Origin: Podarcis melisellensis
Taxonomy: Eukaryota
Assembly (NCBI GenBank): GCA_964234715.1
Contig: OZ174276.1
Length of the DNA: 64,000 nt
Direction: 5' to 3' (one strand)
Translations under genes and position numbers: made by a program
Part shown: piece by piece, positions 52,604-64,000 of the stretch
Position numbering within the stretch: the stretch's first letter is position 1
Layout: the number at the start of each line of letters is the position of its first letter
The notes under the pieces: generated by a model
Database searches by the model: none
Told to the model about the DNA's origin: nothing
What the model saw: the letters and a program-made list of their open reading frames with translations, nothing else

Positions 52604-53342
52604 GTATTGTATGACTGTGGCTGGCGGACAACCGACCAATAAGGAAGATTGCAAAAGAGGGTGGATCATGCATCTGTGGAAGCAGTTGCCATGGAGTAAC
52701 TGGTGCAGCATTGTGATGAAAGGCATGAGTTTTGACTCCCCCTCCCAATCCACCACTGGAACTCCCAATTCAGCCATGAACAGGCCGATTGGTTTTAGGC
52801 AAGCCGCTCCCTCCTGGCCTCCCCACTTCCACCTGTAGTATGATAATATTGACCTGCTTTATAGCACTGTGCCAATGTACGGGAAGGGCTTTGGGCAATT
52901 AGGAAAAATCATTCCATAAGTACTCTGTTTCCTTTTATGGGAATAACTTGTACCTCAGTTATTCATGTAATGGATAATCCAGCACAATCCTGATAGGTAT
53001 ACACAATGGTGCAGTTAGGTGATTTTAGAATTGGGGCTCAATGGCCTTACCAGAGGGGGGGGGCGGAGGTTGGGTGTCTCTTTAGATGGTCCTGTGTATT
53101 ACTTCACTCACTTCAAACTCTGGAAAGCCATCTCTGCTGTGCTTCTCCCCTCCCCCTTCTCACTCAGTCCCAGAGATAATAAATGCTCACCCATCCAATT
53201 TGACGGTCAGCTCTTCATTCACCTCGCTGTTAAGGACCACATTTTGGGGCCCCTATGGCTCACTGCAGACCTTTCCCCATCAATTTGCAGTAACACATTG
53301 GGGGACTGCTGGGGAAGGCTGTTCAGAAGGGGCCTGTCTTAA

Positions 53343-53498
<156 letters not shown>

Positions 53499-53549
53499 TA
53501 GACTTTGGCTGCCAGGATTTGTAAACAGGCGTGGTGGATTAGTGGCAGA

Positions 53550-53740
53550 GGTAGTGTGTGGAATGGTTACAGTGTCAGACTGGGGAGATCAGCGTTCAAA
53601 TCCTCACGAAGCCATGAAGCTCACTGGGCAAGTCACTCTGCTTAACCTACCTCAAAGGGTTGTTGTGAGAATAAAATGTGTTAAGGGGACGGTGCCCTAC
53701 AGCTGCCATGAGCTCATAGAAGGAAACATGGTGTATAAAT
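53550..53740 (+). mobile_element. Old tRNA-derived SINE (MIR/Squam2-like) in GNAT1 intron 6
   Basis: gttcaaatcctcac...gccatgaagctcactgggcaagtcact...aacctacctcaaagggttgttgtgagaataaaat. Confidence 0.6.
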
Positions 53741-53748
53741 AAGACATA

Positions 53749-54135
53749 CCACATTTCCCTGTGTTTAAGATGATGTTTTTTTATTATAATTAAATGTTAA
53801 GAATTGGGGGTTGTCTTATACACGGATAGTGCAGAGGGGGCAATTAGGGGCGGCTGCGAACAGGAGATTGTCAGCGGTGATTGGTGGCTGTGGCAAGGCC
53901 TGTTGGCGATTGGCTGCTGCCCCGGCAATTGGGCGGGCGATTGGCGGCTGCTGGCGGCCAGTGGCCAGATGATCAGTGGCTTCGGTGAGGTGTGTAATTG
54001 GCAGTGGTGGTCCAGCGTGTGAGCGACCCCCCCCCAAATAGCTCAACAACTCTGGGCAATCCCCCCCCCCAAAAAGCTGAACAACTCTTGGCAATTTCCC
54101 TCCATTTGGGGGTCCCAAAAAATAGAAAAATATGG
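53749..54135. mobile_element. Degraded TcMar (Tc2-like) MITE with internal GC-rich minisatellite
   Basis: TA|ccacatttccctgtgtttaaga ... gaaaaatatgg|TA; internal gcgattggcggctg-like repeats and duplicated ccccaaa..gctcaacaactctgggcaat. Confidence 0.6.
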
Positions 54136-54341
54136 TAAGTAGTGCCAAGACTGAACTGGCTGTGGCATATCATGGTGAAATGACCTAAAGGGGATTAGGA
54201 TAGTGTTACGGAATGCACCTTCTGTGCATTTAGGACACAGTTTTTGCCTACTGAAAGGCAGAGGAGCAACATTTCTGATAAAATCTGGTTTAGGACTATG
54301 GTTGAAATTGAAGGTCTTTCTAATCCTGCCTTCCCTTCCAG

Positions 54342-54495
54342 AATCGCATGCATGAGAGCCTGCACCTCTTCAACAGTATCTGCAACCACCGCTACTTTGC
54401 CACCACCTCCATTGTTCTTTTCCTCAACAAGAAAGACGTTTTCCTGGAAAAGATCAAGAAGGCACACCTCAGCATCTGCTTTCCAGATTATGATG
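54342..54495 (+). CDS. GNAT1: GNAT1 exon 7, 154 nt
   Basis: cccttccag|AATCGC...TATGATG|gtgagt; [51 protein letters not shown]. Confidence 0.97.
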
Positions 54496-54570
54496 GTGAG
54501 TTCCCTACGTGCAACATCCACATTGGTGTGGCTGAAACATCTTCTAGCGGGGGGGGGGGGAGCACTGACA

Positions 54571-54837
54571 GCCCCCCAGATTCTGTTGGATTCCAACTCC
54601 CATCAACCCTAGCTAGCATGGCCAGTGTTGGAGGGTTATGGGTGTTGCAGTCTAGCTCTTGGATAGCTCAGTTGGTTAGAGAGTGGTGCTGATAACACCA
54701 AGGTTGTTGGTTCGATCCCCATATGGGACAGCTGCATATTCCTGCATTGCAGGGGGTTGGACTAGATGATCCTCAGGGTCCCTTTCAACTCTACGATTCT
54801 ATGAGCATCTGGAGGGCCACAGGTGTCCCATCCCTTG
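54571..54837. mobile_element. hAT-type MITE interrupted by a SINE
   Basis: ccagattctgttggattccaactcccatc...tgggtgttgcagtc [SINE] gcatctggagggccacagg..ccatccct, with palindromic halves. Confidence 0.55.
54661..54804 (+). mobile_element. Short tRNA-derived SINE with CR1 tail (Squam3-like)
   Basis: A-box TAGCTCAGTTGG, anticodon-like loop ctGATaa, B-box GGTTCGATCCC, then CR1-like ggttggactagatgatcctcagggtccc and tail gattctatga. Confidence 0.8.
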
Positions 54838-56291
54838 TCTCCTAGTGAGCAGAAATGCCGGAAGAGTGTTTTCTCTTTTTTAATTCTGAAAAAGGCTTCA
54901 GAAGATGAACACCAGCACGGTTGACTACTTTCAGACTGGTCTGGTATTTTTTATCAAATAAGCAAGAAATGGAAAATTGCATACATTTAGATGAAGTAAG
55001 GAGGAAATAAATGACCAAGGGCTGTACCATCATCCCACCCGTCTTTCCAGGAAAGATGGTGGTACTAGATGAGGACTATAATATCACAATGAAGCAAGTT
55101 TTAATTTCTTTATCTCCACAAAGGCTCCCTCTTGTCAACCTATAGGGTCAAATAATGCATTCGGTACAACTGATTCCATACAAAGATGGCCCAAGGAACA
55201 CATTATTTTTGCAGCTGGCCTAACCATGTTAGAATTCACGAGTTCAGCCATGTTGACTTTCTGAATGACACCCACTTCTATTATTTCATGGAGCCGTTAA
55301 CAACACTCCTCTATTTTCTTGGGTGGATGCTGCGTTAATCATGTGACTGGGGGTGGGGAGGGCCGCACACGGGAATGGGAAGAGTTGGCCCTTTGTGCCC
55401 CCGGGTGGAGAGCTTGGCGCTGTGTGTGCTTGGTGCTGTCTTGAACTTTTATTACAGGGAGAAAATAGATGGAGTATTTCATTCGCTCCCTTGGGCAAAA
55501 GGAACAAGTTACTTTCTGTAATCTATGGATATTATCTTGCAGGGAGAGAAGGTGGGTGTTCCTTTTGTGGAAAAACCCAAAAACAAACATGTTTTTGGGA
55601 AAGATGCCACTAGGGGGCCTCGGTGCTCTGTGAAACATGACACTCCTCTGCCACGTAAACCAGAACCTGGCATCTCTAGTAATCTTCCAAGGGCTGTGTG
55701 ACAGACAGAACTTTTTTAAAAAAAGTTTTCACACTTCTGTCTTGCCTATTATTCCTCATTTTAGTCTTTAAAATTGCTTTCCTCCAGCTCCTACCAAATG
55801 CAGGCACTTCAAATGTGGTGTGCTTGGTGTGGTCATGGTTAAAAAGGTGAATACATGCAAAACTTTTTTTTTTTTAAAAAAAGGAGTCATTGGATGTTGC
55901 GAATGGAGAGGGAGGGTGGCTTAACCAATCCCCCTTTGGCCATTTTCTTGCTCAAAATTGCCCCCAAACTGCCTTTTCACCCACAGTGGAAAAGTCTAGT
56001 GTCGGGGCTGATGCCCAAACGAGGAGCAATTAGGGCATTTCTGTACTTTGGGTTCTGGCCCAAATCCTGTCTAAAGCAGAGGACACTGGCCTAGCAGGGA
56101 AGCATGTGTCTAGGCTAACCCTGCCCCACTTACCTCCCCGACAGATGCTTTTCTCCTCAGCTACTGCAGTGAGTAGCAGCAGTGAGTTCAGCTGGAAGAG
56201 AAGTACTGGGTGGTTAGAGGGAAGGTTTTGCTCCCTTCATCTGCACACGATTTCTGCTTTCAATACTGGTCCCTCGGCTCCCTACTTGGTA

Positions 56292-56727
56292 CCGTATTTT
56301 TCGCCCCCATAGGACGCACCAAGTTTTTTGGGGGGGAAATAGGGGGGGGGGGAATTATTCCCGGCTTGCGGGGCCGGCAGCGGGGAAAAGGTCCGGGGAC
56401 AGCGGAAAGACGCACTGCACCTCCCCGCTGCCCCCGGAGCTTGCGGGGCTGGTGGCGGGGAGAAGCACGCGTCTCCCCGCCGTCAGCCTCCAAACCACAT
56501 CGGGAGACAGCGGGATGGCGGCGTTCCGCCTCCCCGCTGTCCCCCGACCTTGTGGGGCTGGCGCTGGGGCTCTCCTGAAGCCTGGAGAGCAAGAGGGGTC
56601 GGTGCACACCGACCCCTCTCGCTCTCCAGGCTTCAGCGAAAGCCTGCATTCGCCCCATAGAACGCACACACATTTCCCCTTCATTTTTGGAGGGGGAAAA
56701 GTGCGTCCTATAGGGCGAAAAATACGG
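56292..56727. mobile_element. Young TcMar (Tc2-like) MITE, 436 bp, CpG-rich
   Basis: TIRs CCGTATTTTTCGCCC..ATAGGACGCAC / GTGCGTCCTATAGGGCGAAAAATACGG; TA TSD at 56290-56291 and 56728-56729; internal extra TIR-like copy near 56649. Confidence 0.88.
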
Positions 56728-57513
56728 TATATGTGATTGGAACAGACAAACAGACCTGATGTCACATCCAGTTTTACCCTTCGTTTGAAATTTGTATTAT
56801 TTTAGGCCCAACTATGACACAATAGTCATTCCAATAAGAAAAATATCTGGAAAACCCTGGGGTTATCAAAATCTCAAACTTTTTAATAAAAAAGCACGAT
56901 TATTTGAATCCAATAAAGTTCTAATATACCATTTGAAAGCTTAGAGAACCCTGGAAAGCTGCACAAACGTAGCAGTCCCCACACCCTTTTCACCAAATGA
57001 GCAAGTTTTTAGGAAGAAGCTCTCTTACAAATGTCAGATGAGGTTTATATGAATGACGAGGGCCCCTAATATATGCAGAACCAGAAGTTACCTGGGGAAT
57101 TACAGAACATCGAAAGGGATGTTCTCTGAGCAACAGAAATGTGAGGTACAGAGCACTTCCCACAGAGGAACGTTTGCTATAATTATTGCTATCATGTCTA
57201 ACAAAGTGATTAAGCTTCAGCAGCTGCCGTGCTCTGCATGGCAGAGATTGGGATGAATTCTTCACAGCCTGAAGTCCAGCAGGTGTCAGGTTTAGCGTCG
57301 TGGACAGGGGGCACATCATAGTTGTGTCCAATCTCAACCTGCCCCAGGAGGCATATATCACGATAAATAATTAGAGCCCTGCCGCATTTGTGGATGGAGG
57401 ATGATTCCGAGGCAGGAGGTATCATGTGGAAATGTGTAGAGGCAGATTTAAAAAAAACCAATTCCTAAGTGAAGCTGCTCTCTGATACCATCCCAGCATC
57501 CGTGTCTATACAG

Positions 57514-57704
57514 GGTCCAATACCTACGAGGATGCTGGTGCCTACATCAAGGTGCAGTTCCTGGAGCTGAACATAAGGAAAGATGTGAAGGAAATCTACT
57601 CACACATGACCTGTGCCACAGACACCCAGAATGTCAAGTTTGTCTTTGATGCTGTCACTGACATAATCATCAAAGAAAATCTGAAGGATTGTGGCCTTTT
57701 CTGA
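57514..57704 (+). CDS. GNAT1: GNAT1 exon 8 (last coding, to TGA)
   Basis: ctatacag|GGTCCAAT...; (G)[65 protein letters not shown]; donor cag|gtgggt 6 nt after stop (57711). Confidence 0.97.
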
Positions 57705-58333
57705 CTGCAGGTGGGTTTTTCTCCCAGGTTGGTCAACTCTATGCAGTGGGTAAACAAGACCCCACTTTCCTAGTGCAAATGGTCAGGCAGATCCTGTTGT
57801 ATTATTTGATTGTGCAATGAGAAGTAAAGCAGCCTTCTGTAGCAGAGCAAGGCAGACTCTTGGCATCACCACTGAACCATTTGCAAGGGGGGGGGTGGAG
57901 TGGGAGGCCTGCATCTCAAAATTGGAGGATAAATACTTTGCACATAGAAGGTCAAAGATCACAGTTCAGTGTCTGACATCTCCAGTTTGGTAGTAAGTGA
58001 TGTGAAACCACCCTGGTCTGAGGCCCCGAAGAACTGCTCCCAGGAAGAGCAAATGAGTTTTAGACAAGCAACTTGGCCCAGTAAGCAATGAATTCCCATG
58101 GTCCCTTAACAACAGAGGGCAAGTGACCAAGCCCTGCTTGTGGGAATCTGTGAGGAGTTGGGTTTGCCAATATGCAGAGCAGGATGTTGGACTAGATAGC
58201 TTTGCTGGCTCAGAGCAAGGGTAGGGTAGGCCAAAGAGTTGCTAGGACAGGGTAGGCCAAAGTGGCTTTCAAGGAAAACTAGTTGCTAAGTGGGATCTTT
58301 GTTCCTCACTTTGTACCCCTTTTCTCTCTCTAG

Positions 58334-59180
58334 GTATTCCTGGCCCTTCTGGTGAAATGCAGCATTGCAAATTCAGCAGTGTGAAAGGGAAGCTTTCCCC
58401 TCACCTGAGCTTATGCACTCATTCGCATTCGTTCTTGCATGCTGGCTGGCTATAGTGATCCACATATGGGGAAAGGCGTTTCTCCCTCATCTGAGCTAAG
58501 CCAGACAAAAGATTCTCCATCCCATCATGGGCGTTTAATTGACCCTCTGGAGTTGGAACTCTGAGATTACTAGGCAGCTTCCAAACTACACCCCAGGAGT
58601 GCTGACCGCTACCTCTTCCTTGACACCCAGGAAAAGCAGGCAAGAGCTTCATTTTGGTAACTCACTTTCTTCCTAAGCCACCTCTGTGGTGTGGGAGTTG
58701 TTAAGCATGTGTGGAGTTTCCTCAGATACTGGGCTTGTTTGCGGAGTCCTGACAGTTTAGGGAACCTTTTTCTTTCTGTCCCCTTTAATTTCTGCTCTTG
58801 TAAATAGTGGGCACTTGCTAGGCTTCTTATAGGTGTACTAGGGCACTAACACACCTGTGCACACAGGGTGCTGCAGTAGCATGAGTAGATGGAGAGAGAT
58901 TCGAGCCTTTACACAAGGTTGCAAAAGCTTGAAAACCAAACTCCTGGTCAAGGCACAAGTCAAAATCCTAGAGCTATCCTTAATACAAGATTTCAGTTTT
59001 AATTTTTGCTTAGATGGCATTTTCTCAGCATGGTTCTCTAGTGAAGCCTTTTCTTTGTTTCACTGGGGGGCTCTGTAATTATCTGTAGCAGCACCAACAG
59101 TATGTGCCCAAACACACTGACCTCACAATATCACAAATAGCTGGTTTTATCAATAAAGTAGTAAGTACATTTTTTTCTTT
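58334..59180 (+). other. GNAT1: GNAT1 probable non-coding terminal exon (3'UTR)
   Basis: Strong acceptor ccccttttctctctctag| ending 58333; AATAAA at 59152-59157 followed by T-rich tract. Confidence 0.7.
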
Positions 59181-60574
59181 ATACTTTATATCTTTCATTT
59201 CTAGGACTTAGAATCATTTATCTATTACTCTTTCTTTAGCTTGGTGTGATCTGTATTTAGTTACTAGTTCTTAGACCCAAAAGTCCACATGTTTGTGTTA
59301 ACTACCAACCATTACTCATGAATTAGGATGGTTTCATCCTGGAAGAAGAGATCAAGATCCTCTTTAGCCATCAGCAAAGATATACACAAAATCATGAGGT
59401 TGTCTTGAAAATCCAGGGCTATTTTATGTGATCCTAATTCACCTGCTGGGTCATTCAGAAATTACTATCCCAATTCTTTTGGTTGGGGAGGGGGAGACAA
59501 AAGTGTATTTTAAAATAGAGTTGTGCTATAAAACAACGTATTTCACACCCATGTATATATGGCTGTGGTTAGTTAAAGCACGCTGAATGGGAAAGTACAT
59601 TAAAAATGGCAATTATGGTACATTAACTGGAGGCTACAGGAACTGTGCAAAAGGAGGCAGAACCAGCCATGGATTCTGCACAGATCCCAGCCAGTCAATG
59701 TTCATAAATAATGTAATGGCATGTGCATGTTCAGTTAACAGGGAATTCCACACATTTTCTGATCAGTGTGTTCACTTGGACACTGAACATTTACAGGTCA
59801 ACATAGATTTAAATAACACATTGAACAAAACCTGAGAGAGTAGGCATATTGACTGCACAATGGACACAATTCCTTTTTCATCTTTCTATTATGTGCACAT
59901 TTTCCACATCTGAATATGCACAACAGCTGCTTTCCCTGCACATTTGGTCTATGTGCACACTCCCTGCCCCAACCCCAGCACCACAAGAAAAACAAAGATA
60001 GTTCCTCATGGTATTTCCAAGCAGAGGTCTCTAATGGGAACCTTGAGAGATGGCTTTCACAGAGCTGCTCAAGTTAGGAAAGGTTCTTCTTTGCTGTCTA
60101 TGATATGTCTCTGGCTTCCTCCCAGCCAAGCAAGGAAGCCAGTGGTGTAGTCCACACCATGCAGCAAATGGTTACATACATCCCCCACCAGAAAGCCCCT
60201 AATCAACTGTGGGGGTGGGGAATGGCAGGTGATCGCTGCATTGGACACTGCTAGAAAGGCTAGGAGCCCATGTGTTATCTTAAGACTTTACTCATTCACG
60301 CTTGTTCTGGGAAGTGCGATTTCCAAGGTTTGTGTCTGATCATAAACTTAAACAAAGGCATGTGCCTGAGTTTTATCTAAACTAAACCACTTGCAAACCT
60401 TGAAGTGCAGATGATGCCAGACTGATGGAACGCCTATTAGAGCCATGTGCGAAGCCAGCTCTTCGGTGCTGTGTTGTGTTTTCGTGGCCCCGGTTTAAAG
60501 CAAAATGGTCTGGCGAAATCCATTTGGCAATGCAAAAGTCCTCGCTGGTGTGTGCAAGAGAAGCAATGCAGAGT

Positions 60575-61769
60575 AAACAGGGCTTTCTTTCTACTTTTTA
60601 TTATTTCAAACCGTGTGAACAATTTGGTAAAACATTGTGATAAAAGCTAGGCTGCGTCTTGACGGTTACTAATGGCCCCGGTGCCCATCGACTGCCTGGC
60701 AGGCAGGACCGCTTAACATACAGCAGTGTTTCCTCAACTGATACTACAGTTAGAGCTAAGAAAATACATTAAAATAGACCTGACATTACAGCAACCTCAG
60801 GCCCTGGGGTGGGGCACAAAGGAATGGAAAGAAGTCCTTAGTGGAATCTTAGCCCTTAGGAACCTAATTCTGTGGCCAGGAAGAAAAGGTGTTTTAAACC
60901 CATGGGCGCTGCCCCCTCATAAAAATCTTGGCCTGGACCACAGCAGAAAGGGAGAAAAGGGCTGGGGGGGGAGAGAAAGGGGGAGTCCATTTTATGCTAA
61001 TCTAAAACACAATGCACATTGAAGCAAACTAAGAAACAGATGTAAACATACAGACACCCTCAAGGCACAAAATTTACTAGAGAAGATGAGCTCATGTTGG
61101 GCAACTCAACTGTTTACTACATGACATTTTAAATAAAGGTTTCTTTTTTTTTAAAAAAAAGGTTTTCTTAAAAAAAATAATAGGTCAACTTTTCCTGCAC
61201 AAGTTGGCTTCTGGAGGAATGTTTTTTTTCGTTTTCTTGCCAGTCTGTGCAAATCATGGAGGTAGGAGCTGAGAAGCTTGCTCCATGGCAAGAGCTCCAC
61301 CTGTTGGAAGGTGAAAAACAAATGGACAGTGGTTTGCTTTGGCAGAGCCAGACAGAGGTTTGCTTGGACCGTTTGCCTTTAAAAAAAAAAAAGGAAAGGA
61401 AAAATCGTTAAAAACATGTCCAAAGCCCCTTGACCGGTTACCTTCTGCACTTCAGCTTTAAAAAATAAAAATAAAAATGGACATACATGGAAATGTTACA
61501 GCTATGGCAGGCCACCAATCATTGGTGCTTCAGTAAGGCTTTGTGGGCACAGGGATAGGATACAAGCAGCCTGCAAGAGGCACCTGGGACAGCACAGAGC
61601 AGGGGAAGCAATGGAAACTGTCCCTCGGACAGGCAGAAACTCCAAAGTCTCATCATTAGGGAAATGAAAAGGAATGGAACAAAAATGTAAGAAGCAGAAG
61701 TCATTAAATGGTGCAGTCCTCCCTTCATCAAAACCAGCCTCTTCCTCATATGGAGCAGTTCAAGTAATC
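60575..61769 (-). other. GNAI2: GNAI2 probable non-coding terminal exon (3'UTR)
   Basis: Minus-strand donor aag|gtgagg at 62710 (35 nt after stop); acceptor ctctcttcttttgcag| ending 61770; AATAAA on minus strand at 60597-60602. Confidence 0.65.
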
Positions 61770-62745
61770 CTGCAAAAGAAGAGAGCACAGAATAGTGAAT
61801 CAGCTCAAGCTGGCAGAAGAGTGCATTGGCAGGACCCCTGGAGCTGCTTTTGGAGTCTGCTGCCTCTGATTTTCTGCACATCTGTCAGAACGGAAGTCAA
61901 TTATCTGAAGGAGGTGGACAGATATACACAAACATTGCTCACTTCAGTGGCCATGATGGACCCAAGCAACAGTCAGCTTGCGCCATATGTGCAACCATTG
62001 ATTCTGTGAGCTAAATGTCTGTGAGCTAAATGTTTGTAATATACCCAGAAAAAGAAGGCTTCATCCATCATTTCTTAAACACATAAGAAGACCCTGCTGG
62101 ACCAGGCCACTTCTTATTCATTAAATTTGTATATTGCCAATCATCAGAGGATCACAGGGCAGTTTACAATATAAAAACACAATAACAAAAAGAATACTCC
62201 CGCCTCCCCAAGTTTAAAAGGCCAGAGATAGTTTAATACAAAGCCAAAGGCCTGGGAGCTAATCTCTGGTGGACCATCTTCCTGAGCCTGGAATCAGAGC
62301 AGTTTAACAAGTTGATCCCCATCAGATTTTGAAGAGCTTCATCTCCACTGGGGCTGAAGGGAGCGGACATGAAAACAAGCTAGCATTTCTCTCCTCCAGC
62401 AAGCCAAGCCCTCCAGCTCCCATCAACTCAAGTTCACAGGGCATCAATGACTCTGCTTCATCTTTCTGCAATGGCAAAACCACTCCTCTGCCCCTTCGCC
62501 CTGCCAGCTTTCAGTGTCCATCCACCTTTGGCATCTCAAACAACCGCTCCTGCTACTACCTTTGAGACACAGCCACACACAATGGTGCATTAAGGTGTAT
62601 AGAGATGTCACAGAATTGACAGCCATGTCTTGCTCACACATTTATTTCCTGGGAAGAAACAGAAGTGCATGCCCTTTCGGGCACATGGATGAGTGTGTGC
62701 AATGCCTCACCTTCCTGTGTTCCTCAGTAGATGCCGCCTGGAGAG

Positions 62746-62936
62746 CTAGAAGAGCCCACAGTCCTTCAGGTTATTTTTGATGATGACATCAGTGACAGCA
62801 TCGAAGACAAACTGCACATTCTTGGTATCAGTGGCACAGGTGAAGTGGGTGTAGATCTCCTTGGTGTCCTTCCTCTTGTTCAGGTCCTCAAACTTGCTCT
62901 GAATATAGCCAGCAGCTTCATCATACTTGTTGGCCC
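62746..62936 (-). CDS. GNAI2: GNAI2 last coding exon (Gi2 alpha C-terminus), 191 nt; rest of gene beyond window end
   Basis: Minus-strand acceptor cttccttag|GG GCC AAC AAG...; [75 protein letters not shown] is GNAI2-diagnostic. Confidence 0.96.
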
Positions 62937-64000
62937 CTAAGGAAGAGGAGGAAAGAAAGAGAATGAGAGAGAGATCCACAGAATGATATCAGGACAGGAC
63001 CAGGTGCACTAACTCGATGTAGATTTCTGCCCCCGAAATGACACCCATGGAATCAGACGCTGGTAGTTCAGAAAAGCAATGCATTAACTCCTGCTCTAGT
63101 CCTTAAAGAGGCCAGCATATGCTGCTAACAATATTTTAATCCATGAGCAGTTTATAGTAGAAATGTGGTATGGCAGAGTTGAAGACTTCGGCCCGGAAAA
63201 AGCTCGGATTTCCTCATCTGCCTATTACTGAGTAGTAACTGAATGAATTTACAGCAAAACTGACTAAATAAATTCAAAGGGAAATACACCGACTGACCGG
63301 CTCCTGCTCATGAAACTCAAGAGCCACACAGATTAGTCATACCAGGAAGCTGCAATGCTGACACAAGCAACTGCAATAGAGTGGTGCATTTTTGGGGGGG
63401 TAGGGGTAGTTCATGTCACTTTGCAAAACGATCAGTTTCACACTTTCCAAAGCAATATGAGAACTGAAACACAGCCATTCTTTGAAATTCACACTTATCT
63501 GATTTTTGTGCTGCAGTTATCAAACCATAGTCGACAAAAGTGCAAAAAAAAAAATGCATTAGGTTGAATTTGTGAGGACAGCAACAATTATTTATTATTT
63601 ATACCCCACCCATCTGGTTGGGTTTCCCCAGCATTGTTATTAGTAAAAATTGTTTTGCAATAATGTGCACCTTAGTCAAAACTGCATATAAAATTAGAAC
63701 TAAAATGCTGTTGAATTTTCATGAGTAAAGATTGGAAACATGAGAAACAGACAGAACTGAAATTGGCAGGTTCTTCCATCCCTAGCTGTGCTTTACATAC
63801 CATGCCTCTCTGGTCAGGAGGAGGCTTAAAAACTGTGAAAAGAAAAAAGGAGGGGAAGAGATCCCTCCCTGCAGATTCCCGAAGAAGCAATTCTAACTCT
63901 TGGCCATTTTTATATATAGTCATCACAGCTGAATGGTGGTTCAGCTGAACAGCAGAAGTTTGAGTGAAGCAGAGATGGAAAGATACTGAGAGTAAAAAAA

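Noticed and set aside
54661-54730. Apparent tRNA-Ile(GAT) gene
   Set aside because: Acceptor and T stems are imperfect and the sequence runs straight into a CR1-derived tail; it is a SINE head.
56210-56765. Overlapping 94-137 aa ORFs on both strands
   Set aside because: They lie within a GC-rich MITE where stops are rare; no transposase or other domain is recognisable.

Overview
Vertebrate genomic DNA from a squamate reptile (Sauria SINEs with (ACCTTT)n tails; probably a lacertid lizard, by inference). It holds the conserved SEMA3F-GNAT1-GNAI2 block. (1) SEMA3F (+): 17 coding exons from 1173 to the stop at 37288, with the first coding exon upstream of the window, a 90-nt cassette exon at 6832-6921 and a ~3-kb 3'UTR ending near AATAAA 40276. 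(2) GNAT1, rod transducin alpha (+): complete and intact, 8 coding exons at 48199-57704 (1053 nt, 350 aa) plus a non-coding last exon. (3) GNAI2 (-): last coding exon 62746-62936 and 3'UTR, tail-to-tail with GNAT1, with no SLC38A3 between them. Introns carry Sauria SINEs, tRNA/CR1-tailed SINEs, CR1 and L2 3' ends, hAT and Tc1/mariner MITEs and a probable decayed Helitron. I see no clear evidence of a new biological system. The best leads are a QKI-motif-flanked splicing module with a candidate 11-nt poison microexon in SEMA3F, an unusually divergent rod-transducin helical domain in a TE-invaded locus, fold-back MITEs in the SEMA3F intron and 3'UTR, and several candidate enhancers. Exon numbers follow the human genes from memory. 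All comparisons with human sequences are from memory and were not computed.
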